The translations under genes were made by a program, and so were the position numbers. Shown in pieces: positions 36,915 through 51,074 of a stretch of 64,000 nucleotides of DNA. The notes beneath the pieces are model-generated. The model had not been told where the DNA came from. It saw nothing but the letters and a program-made list of their open reading frames with translations, and ran no database searches. Numbering within the stretch: the first letter of the stretch is position 1; the number at the start of each line of letters is the position of its first letter. The DNA lies in NCBI GenBank assembly GCA_964016885.1, contig OZ024740.1:82088001-82152000 (forward strand). Direction: 5' to 3'. Origin of the DNA: Eledone cirrhosa. Taxonomy: Eukaryota.

Positions 36915-37530
36915 CGTTTGAATATGTATAATAAAGCCAAAACAATGCAGGTATGGACATAGAATAAAGAATGTAAATTCAAAAGATATTGTTGACAATT
37001 AGTGTTTTACCTTAGATTTATTTAAATGTCCTTAATTTTTGAGATAATATCTCTTCTTCAGAGGGAAATAAAGGTCTCAAACCACCGTTCTAAATAGCTT
37101 GCCAAGTCATCCTGACAGGAAATGGCATAGAGTATCTGTTCTATCTCTAATGTCAAAGAGTTAAAATTAGGTGGATAAAGAGTAGTCTTCCATTAAAAGG
37201 GGTTTGTTTTTGTTTCTTTTTGTTTTTTTATATACATGCCTGTTTAAGTGTGTGGGAATGCATGAAGGTGTAAGTATATGAGTGTGTGAGTGTGAAAAGA
37301 TAAGTCTATTCGTAAATGTGGGGGATAGCTGTTATCTGGTGTTAAAACTGGTTTTGTGTGTGTATGTGGGAGAGAGAATAAGTGGAGGTGTAAGCGTGTG
37401 TGTGTGTGTGCGTGCGTGCGTGTGTGTGTGTGAGGGTGTGTGTGTAAATATGGGGCTAGAAGCTCTATTAGGTTATAAATTGGGTGTTAAGTTCTAGTCT
37501 ATTATTGATTGGTGGTTGTGTTTTATCTAT
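36915..37530 (-). mobile_element. Possible 3' end/pLTR of a Penelope-like element
   Basis: Minus strand begins IDKTQPPINNRLELNTQFIT* (resembles GIY-YIG C-terminus of PLEs); degenerate CTGAAGA motif at ~37025-37065. Confidence 0.4.
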
Positions 37531-37532
37531 AA

Positions 37533-40428
37533 CTAGCTGAATGACCCGGCGTTGCCCGGGTTACTGCTGTTTTATTCAGATTAGGAAACAATAAATATGA
37601 AGAATTTTTTTCCTCATATTCACTTTACATAAAATATGTCAAAGTTGTAATGATAATAGAATTTAGAAATGAAAATCTCTTCAACTCAGTTTTACCATCT
37701 TCTTTTCTCAACCAAGAAACCCACAAAAATCACAAAAAGGAACACAAAAAAAAAATATATATTAAGAATAGCAAACAGAAATCTTAATAAATTTTCTGTC
37801 GAAAACAAAAAACAGCCAAAGAACAGTTTTTTTTTAACGGATGATAAAGTACTGTAAAGTTGTTGGAAGAGCCTGATAGAATGAGATGAGCAACAGCCAG
37901 AAGCACAGCAGCAGCAGTATTTCGAACTGTCCACCATTTAGGATCGTAATATTCAGTTTCGATATCAGATTTATGAGAGAGGTATAACGTGAATTATTGA
38001 GTTTTATCGATTTTTTTGCGTAATTGGGGATCAATTTTAAATATATAAATTCTGCATGACCTAATTGAAGCTATTTCGAATATTGATGAGTAATTTTCCT
38101 TTGAAGGAGGTGTTTTTTTTTATCGTATAGAAAAGGAACATGCACACACACTCGCTTTTATAGATAATGATATATATATATATCTGTATGTGAGTGTGTG
38201 TATGTGTTTGTATATATATAAACTCTTTTTGTGTTAAATCATCTCAGTGTTAATGCACGTTACAGGACCTCTTTGTAGATTATGTTGCGGGTCATACCGT
38301 TGGGTGTGTATGAAAAAAGGGAGTCCTTACTCCCAACTCGCGAGCAGGCAACATAAAGTTGGCCATGAGCAAAGCAGGGTTCTTTGAGATGAATGCCCGC
38401 CACGGACAAAGTTTGACCCTGAGATTTGTTTATGGTGATCGCGAAGCAGGGCCTTACGGGAAACTGATGTCGCCTAAAACCTATCGGGATGTCCGTGGTC
38501 GAAGGTTGGATGCTTAGCCTTGGGATCATGACCGTCTCACCTTTACCACAACCAGTTAAGATGGTTGCTTTAATGAGATGGTTCGTCATTGATTTGACTA
38601 CCATTCGAGTGCCGTTGCACTGTTTTGGGAGCGCATGTTACGCATAAGCATAATCGGACTGCCGACCTTGAGCTTCAGGATGAGTGGTGGGAGACCTGGG
38701 GGGTCAAGGCTATTCAAAAACTCTACTGGGTAATCCGTCGCCTCCTGTGGATCGGTGACGCGGTGCGTTGTTTGTGTCCAACCGAGCACGGCGGGCTGTT
38801 TGATGTTCTGCGGCACGGGAGGCGGCGATGGATACAGCGTTCTGGGACCTTCGGATGGCTGTCTGTATCTCGGTCTGTGATGCTCTGGCAGCTGCCTTGG
38901 AGGCGGAGTCCTTGGACCTTCGGATGACTGTCTCCTGGTCGGTTTCTGCGGCACGGGAGGCCGCGGTTCAAGCAGCGTTCTTTGACCGTCTGGTGGCTGT
39001 TTGCTGTTTAGTTTCGGAGGCCCTTGCAGCAGCAGTAGTTGCAGCATTCCTAGCCCTACGAAGAGCTCTTTGGCTGTCAATCTCTGCTGCCCTAGAGGCG
39101 GCTGCTGCAACTGCATTCCGACAATTACGAATGGCACGATTCGAAGCGGTAACCGTAGATAGAGAAGCGCTGGGTTGGGCTGTGCTAGGGGTATTTAAGT
39201 TTGAAAGCGAAGTAACAGGGGTTTGTGGCCAAAAATGCAGTCCGGCATCCGTAGACTGCTCATTCAATCGCCTCTTTTTTGAAACAACAGACGATGTTTT
39301 ACTACGGCTAAGGATACTCTTTCTTTTCAGTGGCATGGTTGCAATAGTACAGTAAACAGTAAAGGGGAAGCAGGTTTAGAGCAAAGGCAAAAAAGCGAAG
39401 GTGATAAGCAGTATTTTGGGGAAGGTAAAAAAAAGTGACAAATTGTTACAATTTTAAGCAAGAAAAAAGTAAACAAAAAACGTACTGGGAATGGCAAAGT
39501 CCGAAAGCGAGGTCACAAAATGTAATGCGGTGAGAGTGAAGCACACGTCTACACAGTAGCCTAACCAAGTAGCAAGTGTAGCGTTTGAAAACCAAAGCTT
39601 TGCAAAGCGTCCATGAAATTTTTTTTTTGATTCAAGGCGAAAATTTGTCCACTTCTCGACCGAAAGAAAGCAAAAACTGACTCAACTGGTGCCAAGTGGT
39701 CAGAACTGGCAGGAACTGGTTTGTGTCTATAACTGTGTCTAACTGGTTTGTAACTATAGCAACAGTGGTTCCCTCGGTCTCAAAGACCAAAGTAAGTGGG
39801 GAGGGGAAGGTAATGTTACTGTAACACCAACACCGTTTCTCTCTATATTCCTCGTTCAATAAAGAAGGGGGAGGGGGAAGGTAATGTTACTATAGCAACA
39901 GTGGTTCGCTCACTGACCAAAGTGGAGAGGGGAATGTAATATATCTGTGACCCCAAAACTTCTCTCTCTATCTTCCTCTCTCTCCCTCTAAAGAAGGGGG
40001 AAGGGGAAGGTAATGTTACTATGAGACCTGTTATTCCTGTCTCTCTATATACGAAGTAGAGATTCGACCTCGATCTTCACTCTCGACCGAATTTCGAAAT
40101 GATTCGAGTACGGCAACAAAATTTAGACTCTTTTCTACCCATATTAGCAAAAAAAACGGGTCAAAAAACTCAAAAGGAAACATTTTTCACGCGTGCATAA
40201 AATGCAACCTCATCTCCCGATTTCACCCCAAAATAGACAAAAATGTGGATCGCGGGTCCCTGGGTGGACCTATCAAAAAACAAAGTAGCCTAAGCAATGT
40301 AAAGGGTCATGAGGAATGAGGTATGCAAATTTGAGCGTCATCGGGCGAGCGGTGTAGACGCCAACCTCGAATAAGGTAGCATCCACACACACACAGACAA
40401 ACACACATCCTCTGTTTTATATATATAG
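37533..40428 (-). mobile_element. Internally deleted Helitron retaining RepHel N-terminus and PIF1-like helicase C-terminus
   Basis: 5' tctatatatataaaacagaggat at 40428; 3' cccgggcaacgccggg + CTAG at 37533; 38260-38750 [64 protein letters not shown]; possible second 5' end near 38170. Confidence 0.9.
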
Positions 40429-43400
40429 ATACTCGGATTTATTTCCTAGAGTGGTTAAATTATTTGTGACTAATCCCGGTATTTAAAAAAAAAAGACCGC
40501 GATGATATTGCCTTTTGTTGAACTCCTCTTGTAGAGTTTTCTTTCGGAATGTTTTTGACTGTTGTTTCATGTAAACAAACATTTGTCTCATTCTGACGTC
40601 ACCAGCCCTGTTTCCCACATGTGCGTTTATTTTAATAATTACGCATGATGTTAAACTAACCTGCTTTTAAATTCCCTTTTTGGCGCATTACCAGTGAGAC
40701 CTTGGTTACCATGTTGAGCTCTGCTAATGAACAAAATCCATGAGTTACCATCCCCAGTGAAAGTTTTCGTGAATTAGTCTTTTCTAGTCTATGCAGAACT
40801 TTTGAAATTGTCCCAAATTGAAGGTTGAGTACTGTAGACTTTGTTTTATCATGAGTTAAGGCTCTATTGATTTTTCCCTGGATTTCTCTAAATTCTGTTG
40901 GATAAATCTATATCCTGATTACTTTTGAATTGAGTCTGAATTATTTTTCCCATGTCTTATGTTAACTATTTTCCCATTTTGAAGCTATAGTCACATATAT
41001 GTTATGGAAGACTGTTAGCTTCTCGCTACAACAATTTCTATACTTTTCATTTATATATACTCGGTTTTATTTCCTATAGTGGTTCAATCATTTGTGACTA
41101 ATCCCGGTATTTAAAAAATAAATAAAGCGATGATATGGCCTTTTGCTGAACTCCTCTTGTAGAGTTTTCTTTCGGAATGTTTTTGACTGTTGTTTCATGT
41201 AAACAAACATTTGTCTCATTCTGAGGTCACCAGCCCTGTTTTCCACATGTGCTTTTATTTTAATAATTACGCATGATCTTAAACTAGCCTGCTTTTAAAT
41301 TCCCTTTTTGGCATATTACCAGTGAGACCTTGCTTACCATGTTGAGCTCTGCTGATGAACAAAATCCAAACGTGACCATCCCCACTGAATGTTTTTCTGA
41401 AATAGTCTTTTCTAGACTATACAGAGCATTTGAAATTGTCCCAAATTGAAGGTTGAGTACTTTAGATTTGTTTTATCATGAGTTAAGTCTCTATTGATTT
41501 TTCCCTGGATTTCTCTATATTCTAATGGATAAATCTATATCCTGATTACTTTTGAATTGAGTCTGACTTATTTTTCCCATATCTTATGTTAACTATTTTC
41601 CCATTTTGACGCTATAGACACATATATGTTATGGAAGACTGTTAGCTTCTCGCTACAACAATTTCTATACTTTTCATTCATATATATATACTCCGATTTA
41701 TATCCTAGAGTGCTTAAATTATTTGTGACTAATCCCGGTATTTAAAAAAAAAAAAGACCGCGATGATATTGCCTTTTGCTGAACACCTCTTGTAGAGTTT
41801 TCTTTCGGAATATTTTTGACTGTCGTTTCATGTAAACAAACATTTGTCTCATTCTGACATCACCAGCCGTGTTTTCCAAAAGTGCGTTTATTTTAATAAT
41901 TACGCATGATGTTAAACTAGCCTGCTTTTAAATTCCCTTTTGGCATATTACCAGTGAGACCTTGGTTACCATGTTGAGCTCTGCTGATCAACGAAATCCA
42001 AACGTGACCATCCCCACCGAAAGTTTTCGTGAAATAGTCTTTTCAATACTAGACCAAGCATTTGAAGTTGTCCCAAATTGAAGGTTGAGTACTTTAGATT
42101 TGTTTTATCATGAGTTAAGGCTCTATTGATTTTTCCCTGGATTTCTCTAAATTCTGTTGGATAAATCTATATCCTGATTCCTTTTGAATTGAGTCTGAAT
42201 TATTTTTCCCATATCTTATGTTAACTATTTTCCCATTTTGACGCTATAGTCACATATATGTTATGGAAGACTGTTACCTTCTCGCTACAACAATTTCTAT
42301 ACTTTTCATTTATATATATATACTCGGATTTATTTCCTAGAGTGGTTAAATTATTTGTGACAAAACCCGGTATTTGAAGAAAAAAAAGACCGTGATGATA
42401 TTGCCTTTTGCTGAACTCCTCTTGTAGAGTTTTCTTTCGGAATGTTTTTGACTGTTGTTTCATGTAAACAAACATTTGTCTCATTCTGGCGTCACCAGCC
42501 CTGTTTTCCACATGTGCGTTTATTTTAATAATTACGCATGATGTTAAACTAGCCTGCATTTAAATTCCCTTTTGGCATATTACCAGTGAGACTTCGGTTA
42601 CCATGTTGAGCTCTGCTGATCAACGAAATCCAAACGTGACCATCCCCACCGAAAGTTTTCGTGAAATAGTATTTTCAATACTAGACCGAGCATTTCAAGT
42701 TGTCCCAAATTGAAGGTTGAGTACTTTAGATTTGTTTTATCATGAGTTAAGGCTCTATTGAATTTTCCCTGGATTTCTCTAATTCTGTTGGATGAATCTA
42801 TATCCTGATTCCTTTTGAATTGAGTCTGAATTATTTTTCCCATATCTTATGTTAACTATTTTCCCATTTTGGCGCTATAGTCAAATATATGTTATGGAAG
42901 ACTGTTAGCTTCTCGCAACAACAATTTCTATACTTTTCATTTATATATATATACGCAGATTTATTTCCTAGAGAACTTAAATTATTTGTGTCTAATCCCG
43001 GTATTTTTTTTTAAAAAGACCGCGATGATATTGCCTTTTGTTGAACTCCTCTTGTAGAGTTTTCTTTCGGAATGTTTTTGACTGTTGTTTCATGTAAACA
43101 AACATTTGTCTCATTCTGACGTCACGAGCCCTGTTTTCCACATGTGCGTTTATATTAATAATTACGCATGATCTTAAACTAGCCTGCTTTTAAATTCCCT
43201 TTTTGGCATATTACCAGTGAGACCTTGGTTAACATGTTGAGCTCTGCTGATGAACGAAATCCAAACGTGACCATCCCCACTTAAAGTTTTCGTGAAATAG
43301 TCTTTTCTAGACTATACAGAGCATTTGAAATTGTCCCAAATTGAAGGTTAAGTACTTTAGACTTTGTTTTATCATGAGTTAAGGCTCTATTGATTTTTCC

Positions 43401-46400
43401 CTGGATTTCTCTAAATTCTGTTGGATAAATCTATATCCTGATTACTTTTGAATTGAGTCTGAATTATTTTTCCCATATCGTATGTTAACTATTTTCCCAT
43501 TTTGACGCTATAGTCACATATATGTTATGGGAGACTGTTACCTTCTCGATACAACAATTTCTATACTTTTCATTTATATATATATACTCGGATTTATTTC
43601 CTAGAGTGCTTAAATTATTTGTGACAAAACCCGGTATTTGAAGAAAAAAAAGACCGTGATGATATTGCCTTTTGCTGAACTCCTCTTGTAGAGTTTTCTT
43701 TCGGAATGTTTTTGACTGTTGTTTCATGTAAACAAACATTTGTCTCATTCTGGCGTCACCAGCCCTGTTTTCCATATGTGCGTTTATTTTAATAATTACG
43801 CATGATGTTAAACTAGCCTGCATTTAAATTCCCTTTTGGCATATTACCAGTGAGACTTCGGTTACCATGTTGAGCTCTGCTGATCAACGAAATCCAAACG
43901 TGACCATCCCCACCGAAAGTTTTCGTGAAATAGTCTTTTCAATACTAGACCGAGCATTTCAAGTTGTCCCAAATTGAAGGTTGAGTACTTTAGATTTGTT
44001 TTATCATGAGTTAAGGCTCTATTGATTTTCCCTGGATTTCTCTAATTCTGTTGGATGAATCTATATCCTGATTCCTTTTGAATTGAGTCTGAATTATTTT
44101 TCCCATATCTTATGTTAACTATTTTCCCATTTTGGCGCTATAGTCAAATATATGTTATGGAAGACTGTTAGCTTCTCGCAACAACAATTTCTATACTTTT
44201 CATTTATATATATATACGCAGATTTATTTCCTAGAGAACTTAAATTATTTGTTTCTAATCCCGGTATTTTTTTTTAAAAAGACCGCGATGATATTGCCTT
44301 TTGTTGAACTCCTCTTGTAGAGTTTTCTTTCGGAATGTTTTTGACTGTTGTTTCATGTAAACAAACATTTGTCTCATTCTGACGTCACGAGCCCTGTTTT
44401 CCACATGTGCGTTTATATTAATAATTACGCATGATCTTAAACTAGCCTGCTTTTAAATTCCCTTTTTGGCATATTACCAGTGAGACCTTGGTTAACATGT
44501 TGAGCTCTGCTGATGAACGAAATCCAAACGTGACCATCCCCACTTAAAGTTTTCGTGAAATAGTCTTTTCTAGACTATACAGAGCATTTGAAATTGTCCC
44601 AAATTGAAGGTTAAGTACTTTAGACTTTGTTTTATCATGAGTTAAGGCTCTATTGATTTTTCCCTGGATTTCTCTAAATTCTGTTGGATAAATCTATATC
44701 CTGATTACTTTTGAATTGAGTCTGAATTATTTTTCCCATATCGTATGTTAACTATTTTCCCATTTTGACGCTATAGTCACATATATGTTATGGAAGACTG
44801 TTACCTTCTCGCTACAACAATTTCTATACTTTTCATTTATATATATATACTCGGATTTATTTCCTAGAGTGCTTAAATTATTTGTGACAAAACCCGGTAT
44901 TTGAAGAAAAAAAAGACCGTGATGATATTGCCTTTTGCTGAACTCCTCTTGTAGAGTTTTCTTTCGGAATGTTTTTGACTGTTGTTTCATGTAAACAAAC
45001 ATTTGTCTCATTCTGGCGTCACCAGCCCTGTTTTCCATATGTGCGTTTATTTTAATAATTACGCATGATGTTAAACTAGCCTGCATTTAAATTCCCTTTT
45101 GGCATATTACCAGTGAGACTTCGGTTACCATGTTGAGCTCTGCTGATCAACGAAATCCAAACGTGACCATCCCCACCGAAAGTTTTCGTGAAATAGTCTT
45201 TTCAATACTAGACCGAGCATTTCAAGTTGTCCCAAATTGAAGGTTGAGTACTTTAGATTTGTTTTATCATGAGTTAAGGCTCTATTGATTTTCCCTGGAT
45301 TTCTCTAATTCTGTTGGATGAATCTATATCCTGATTCCTTTTGAATTGAGTCTGAATTATTTTTCCCATATCTTATGTTAACTATTTTCCCATTTTGGCG
45401 CTATAGTCAAATATATGTTATGGAAGACTGTTAGCTTCTCGCAACAACAATTTCTATACTTTTCATTTATATATATATACGCAGATTTATTTCCTAGAGA
45501 ACTTAAATTATTTGTGTCTAATCCCGGTATTTTTTTTTAAAAAGACCGCGATGATATTGCCTTTTGTTGAACTCCTCTTGTAGAGTTTTCTTTCGGAATG
45601 TTTTTGACTGTTGTTTCATGTAAACAAACATTTGTCTCATTCTGACGTCACGAGCCCTGTTTTCCACATGTGCGTTTATATTAATAATTACGCATGATCT
45701 TAAACTAGCCTGCTTTTAAATTCCCTTTTTGGCATATTACCAGTGAGACCTTGGTTAACATGTTGAGCTCTGCTGATGAACGAAATCCAAACGTGACCAT
45801 CCCCACTTAAAGTTTTCGTGAAATAGTCTTTTCTAGACTATACAGAGCATTTGAAATTGTCCCAAATTGAAGGTTAAGTACTTTAGACTTTGTTTTATCA
45901 TGAGTTAAGGCTCTATTGATTTTTCCCTGGATTTCTCTAAATTCTGTTGGATAAATCTATATCCTGATTACTTTTGAATTGAGTCTGAATTATTTTTCCC
46001 ATATCGTATGTTAACTCTTTTCCCATTTTGACGCTATAGTCACATATATGTTATGGAAGACTGTTACCTTCTCGCTACAACAATTTCTATACTTTTCATT
46101 TATATATATATACTCGGATTTATTTCCTAGAGTGCTTAAATTATTTGTGACAAAACCCGGTATTTGAAGAAAAAAAAGACCGTGATGATATTGCCTTTTG
46201 CTGAACACCTCTTGTAGAGTTTTCTTTCGGAATGTTTTTGACTGTTGTTTCATGTAAACAAACATTTGTCTCATTCTGACGTCACCTACCCTATTTTTCC
46301 ACATGTGCGTTTATTTTTATAATCACGCATGATGTTAAACTAGCCTGCTTTTAAATTCTAATTTTGGCATATTACCAGTGAGACCTTGGCTTCCATGTTG

Positions 46401-49400
46401 AGCTCTGCTGATGAACAAAATCCATGAGTTACCATCCCCACTGAACGTTTTCGTGAAATAATCTTTTCAGGACTATAAAGAGCATTTGGAATTGTCTCAA
46501 ATTGAATTTGAGTACTTTAGACTTTGTTTTACCATGTGTTAAGGCTCTATTGATTTTTCCCTGGATTTCTCTAAATTCTGTTGCATAAATCTATATCCTG
46601 ATTACTTTTGAATTGAGTCTGAATTATTTTTCCCATATCTTATGTTAACTATTTTCCCATTTTGACGCTATAGTCACATATATGTTATGGAAGACTGAAA
46701 GCTTGTCGCTACAACAATTTCTATACTTTTCATTTATATATACTCGGATTTATTTCCTAGAGTGGTTAAATTATTTGTGACTAATCCCGGTATTTTTTTA
46801 AAAAAAGACCGCGATGATATTGCCTTTTGCTGGACTCCTCTTGTAGAGTTTTCTTTCGGAATGTTTTTGACTGTTGTTTCATGTAAACAAACATTTGTCT
46901 CATTCTGACGTCACCAGCCCTGTTTTCCACATGTGCGTTTATTTTAATGATTACGCAAGATGTTAAACTAGCATGCTTTTAAATTCCCTTTTTGGCATAT
47001 TACCAGTGAGATTTTGGTTACCATGTTGAGCTCTGCTGTTGAACGAAATCCTAACGTGACCAACTCCACTGAAAGTTTTCTGAAATAGTATTTTCAATAC
47101 TATACCGAGCGTTTGAAGTTATCCCAAATTGAAGGTTGAGTACTTTAGACTTTGGTTTATCATGAGTTAAGGCTCTATTGATTTTCCCTGCATTTCTCTA
47201 AATTCTGTTGGATAAATCTATATCCTGATTCCTTTTGAATTGAGTCCGAATTATTTTTCCCATAGCTTATGTTAACTATTTTCTCATTTTGACGCTATAG
47301 TCGCATATATGTTATGGAAGACTTTTAGCTTCTCGCTACAACAATTTCTATACTTTTCATTTATATTTATATATACGCGGATTTATATCCTAGAGAGCTT
47401 AAATTATTTGTGACTAATCCCGGTATTTAAAAAAAAAAGACCGTGATGATATTGCCTTTTGTTGAACTCCTCTTGTAGAGTTTTCTTTCGGAATGTTTTT
47501 GACTGTTTCATGTAAACAAACATTTGTCTTATTCTGACATCACCAGCGCTATTTTTCCACATGTGCGTTTATTTTAATAATCACGCATGATGTTAAACTA
47601 GCCTGTTTTAAATTCCATTTTTGGCATATTACCAGTGAGACCTTGGTGTTACCATGTTGAGCTCTGCTGATGAACAAAATCCAAACGTGACCATTCCCAC
47701 TGAAACTTTTCGTGAAATCGTCTTTTCAAGACTATAACCGAGCATTTGAAGTTGTCCCAAATTGAAGGTTGAGTACTTTAGATTTGTTTTATCATGAGTT
47801 AAGGCTCTATTGATTTTTCCCTGGATTTCTCTATATTGTGTTGGATAAATCTATATCCTGATTACTTTTGAATTGAGTCTGAATTATTTTTCCCATACCT
47901 TATGTTAACTATTTTCCCATTTTGACGCTATAGTCACATATATGTTATGGAAGACTGTTATCTTGTCGCTACAACAATTTCTATACTTTTCATTTATATA
48001 TATATATATACTCGGATTTATTTCCTAGAGTGCTTAAATTATTTGTGACTAATCCCGGTATTTAGAAAAAAAAAAAGACCGCGATGATATTGCTTTTTGC
48101 TGAACTCATCTTGTAGAGTTTTCTTTCGGAATGTTTTTGACTGTCGTTTCATGTAAACAAACATTTGTCTCATTCTGACGTCACCAGCCCTGTTTTCCAC
48201 ATGTGCGTTTATTTTAATAATTACGCATGATGTTAAACTAGCCTGCTTTTAAATTCCCTTTTTGGCATATTACCAGTGAGACCCTGGTTACCATGTTGAG
48301 CTCTGCTGTTGAACGAAATCCTAACGTGACCATGCCCACTGAAAGTTTTCTGAAATAGTCTTTTCAATACTATACCGAGCATTTGAAGTTGTCCCAAATT
48401 GAAGGTTGAGTACTTTAGATTTGTTTTATCATGAGTTAAGGCTCTATTGATTTTCCCTGGATTTCTCTAAATTCTGTTGGATAAATCTATATCCTGATTA
48501 CTTTTGAATTGAGTCTGAATTATTTTTCCCATATCGTATGTTAACTCTTTTCCCATTTTGACGCTATAGTCACATATATGTTATGGAAGACTGTTACCTT
48601 CTCGCTACAACAATTTCTATACTTTTCATTTATATATATATACTCGGATTTATTTCCTAGAGTGCTTAAATTATCTGTGACAAAACCCGGTATTTGAAGA
48701 AAAAAAAGACCGTGATGATATTGCCTTTTGCTGAACACCTCTTGTAGAGTTTTCTTTCGGAATGTTTTTGACTGTTGTTTCATGTAAACAAACATTTGTC
48801 TCATTCTGACGTCACCTACCCTATTTTTCCACATGTGCGTTTATTTTTATAATCACGCATGATGTTAAACTAGCCTGCTTTTAAATTCTAATTTTGGCAT
48901 ATTACCAGTGAGACCTTGGCTTCCATGTTGAGCTCTGCTGATGAACAAAATCCATGAGTTACCATCCCCACTGAACGTTTTCGTGAAATAATCTTTTCAG
49001 GACTATAAAGAGCATTTGGAATTGTCTCAAATTGAATTTGAGTACTTTAGACTTTGTTTTACCATGTGTTAAGGCTCTATTGATTTTTCCCTGGATTTCT
49101 CTAAATTCTGTTGCATAAATCTATATCCTGATTACTTTTGAATTGAGTCTGAATTATTTTTCCCATATCTTATGTTAACTATTTTCCCATTTTGACGCTA
49201 TAGTCACATATATGTTATGGAAGACTGTTATCTTGTCGCTACAACAATTTCTATACTTTTCATTTATATATATATATACGCGGATTTATATACTAGAGAG
49301 CTTAAATTATTTGTGACTAATCCCGGTATTTAAAAAAAAGAAGACAGTGATGATATTGCCTTTTGTTGAACTCCTCTTGTAGAGTTTTCTTTCTGAATGT

Positions 49401-50100
49401 TTTTGACTGTTGTTTCATGTAAACAAACATTTGCCTTATTCTGACGTCACCAGCGCTATTTTTCCACATGTGCGTTTATTTTAATAATCACGCATGATGT
49501 TAAACTAGCCTGTTTTAAATTCCATTTTTGGCATATTACCAGTGAGACCTTGGTGTTACCATGTTGAGCTCTGCTGATGAACAAAATCCAAACGTGACCA
49601 TTCCCACTGAAACTTTTCCTGAAATCGTCTTTTCAAGACTATAACCGAGTATTTGAATTTGTCCCAAATTGAAGGTTGAGTACTTTAGATTTGTTTTATC
49701 ATGAGTTAAGGCTCTATTGATTTTTCCCTGGATTTCTCTTAATTCTGTTGGATAAATCTATATCCTGATTACTTTTGAATTGAGTCTGAATTATTTTTCC
49801 CATATCTTATGTTAACTATTTTCCCATTTTGACGCTATAGTCACATATATGTTATGGAAGACTGTTAGCTTCTCGCTACAACAATTTCTATACTTTTCAT
49901 TTCTATATATATACTCGGATTTATTTCCTAGAATGCTTAAATTATTTGTGACTAATCCCGGTATTTAAAAAAAAAAGGCCACGATGATATTGCTTTTTGC
50001 TGAACTCCTCTTGTAGAGTTTTCTTTCGGAATGTTTTTGACTGTCGTTTCATTTGTCGGTTCATTAGTTTCTCACTACAACAATTTCTATACTTTTCATT
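40429..50100 (+). repeat. ~632-bp tandem array (15 units + deleted 16th), each with a hammerhead motif; higher-order structure
   Basis: Unit starts ~40431, 41059, 41690, 42322, 42953, 43586, 44216, 44849, 45479, 46112, 46742, 47375, 48010, 48642, 49278, 49913. Confidence 0.97.
43241..43322 (+). ncRNA. Type I hammerhead ribozyme (632-bp family, intact version; same at 44504-44585 and 45767-45848)
   Basis: gctctg-CTGATGA-acgaaa...tttcgt-GAAA-tagtct(tttct)agacta-TA-cagagc; AUA triplet, predicted cut after 43316. Confidence 0.9.
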
Positions 50101-50131
<31 letters not shown>

Positions 50132-50411
50132 GTAATATATATATATATATGTACATATATATATGTATATATATGTTTATATATATGTATATATATGTAT
50201 ATATATATATATGCTATATATATAAATGAAAAGTATAGAAATTGTTGTAGTGAGAAACTAATGAACCGACAAATGAAACGACAGTCAAAAACATTCCGAA
50301 AGAAAACTCTACAAGAGGAGTTCAGCAAAAAGCAATATCATCGCGGTCTTTTTTTTTATAATACCGGGATTAGTCACAAATAATTTAAGCATTCTAGGAA
50401 ATAAATCCGAG

Positions 50412-50420
<9 letters not shown>
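49905..50420. repeat. Palindrome at array end: deleted ~190-bp unit, ~120-bp (TA)-rich centre, inverted copy
   Basis: 50222-50413 is the reverse complement of 49912-50102. Confidence 0.95.
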
Positions 50421-50442
<22 letters not shown>

Positions 50443-50444
<2 letters not shown>

Positions 50445-51074
50445 GTATATGTGTGTGTCCGCATGTATCTGTGTGTTTCTAAATATATTGTTCATAACTT
50501 CCTCTGGTCGAGTAACCTTTGAAGTGTGGTGACTGCTGGAAAGCTGCCATTACTCATACTTCTCGCCTCCTTCACCACCTCTTCTACGTCTCCGATATAA
50601 ATACCCCCTCCGCCTCCGTGGTATTTTCTTCGGGGTTATAAGAGGCTTAGCTCTGTTTCTCGACCGTTGTATCACGTGACTATCTCCCCCTCCGCCTTTT
50701 GGGATTCTTTCTCACGTCATATAGACGCGCTTTTGAGGCTAGTAAAATGAGGTATCCTCTTGATAAGTCGGCAGACCTCGCAAGAGCTCTATATCTTTAT
50801 GATGTATTGTTTTTGTCTATGCCACGAAACTATATAGTCGAGGAATCTAGGAACAGTTTAGGTATGATACATTTTATTACTAATTATATCTAAATGTTTC
50901 TTCTCTCTTCATAATGTATTTTCGCTCTGATACTGGCTCAGTCTAATTCAACCGAAATGGTCTGTCCCAGTCATTCATAGAGCAACATCGGTAAGGTTGG
51001 CACCATTAACTCACGGTTGAATGTGGATGCATTCATGTATATGTGTGTGTCCGCATGTATCTGTGTGTTTCTAA

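Noticed and set aside
42221-48834. Repeated 97-112-aa ORFs in the 632-bp array
   Set aside because: Open only in some units, broken by poly-A/TA length changes in others, and no recognisable domain
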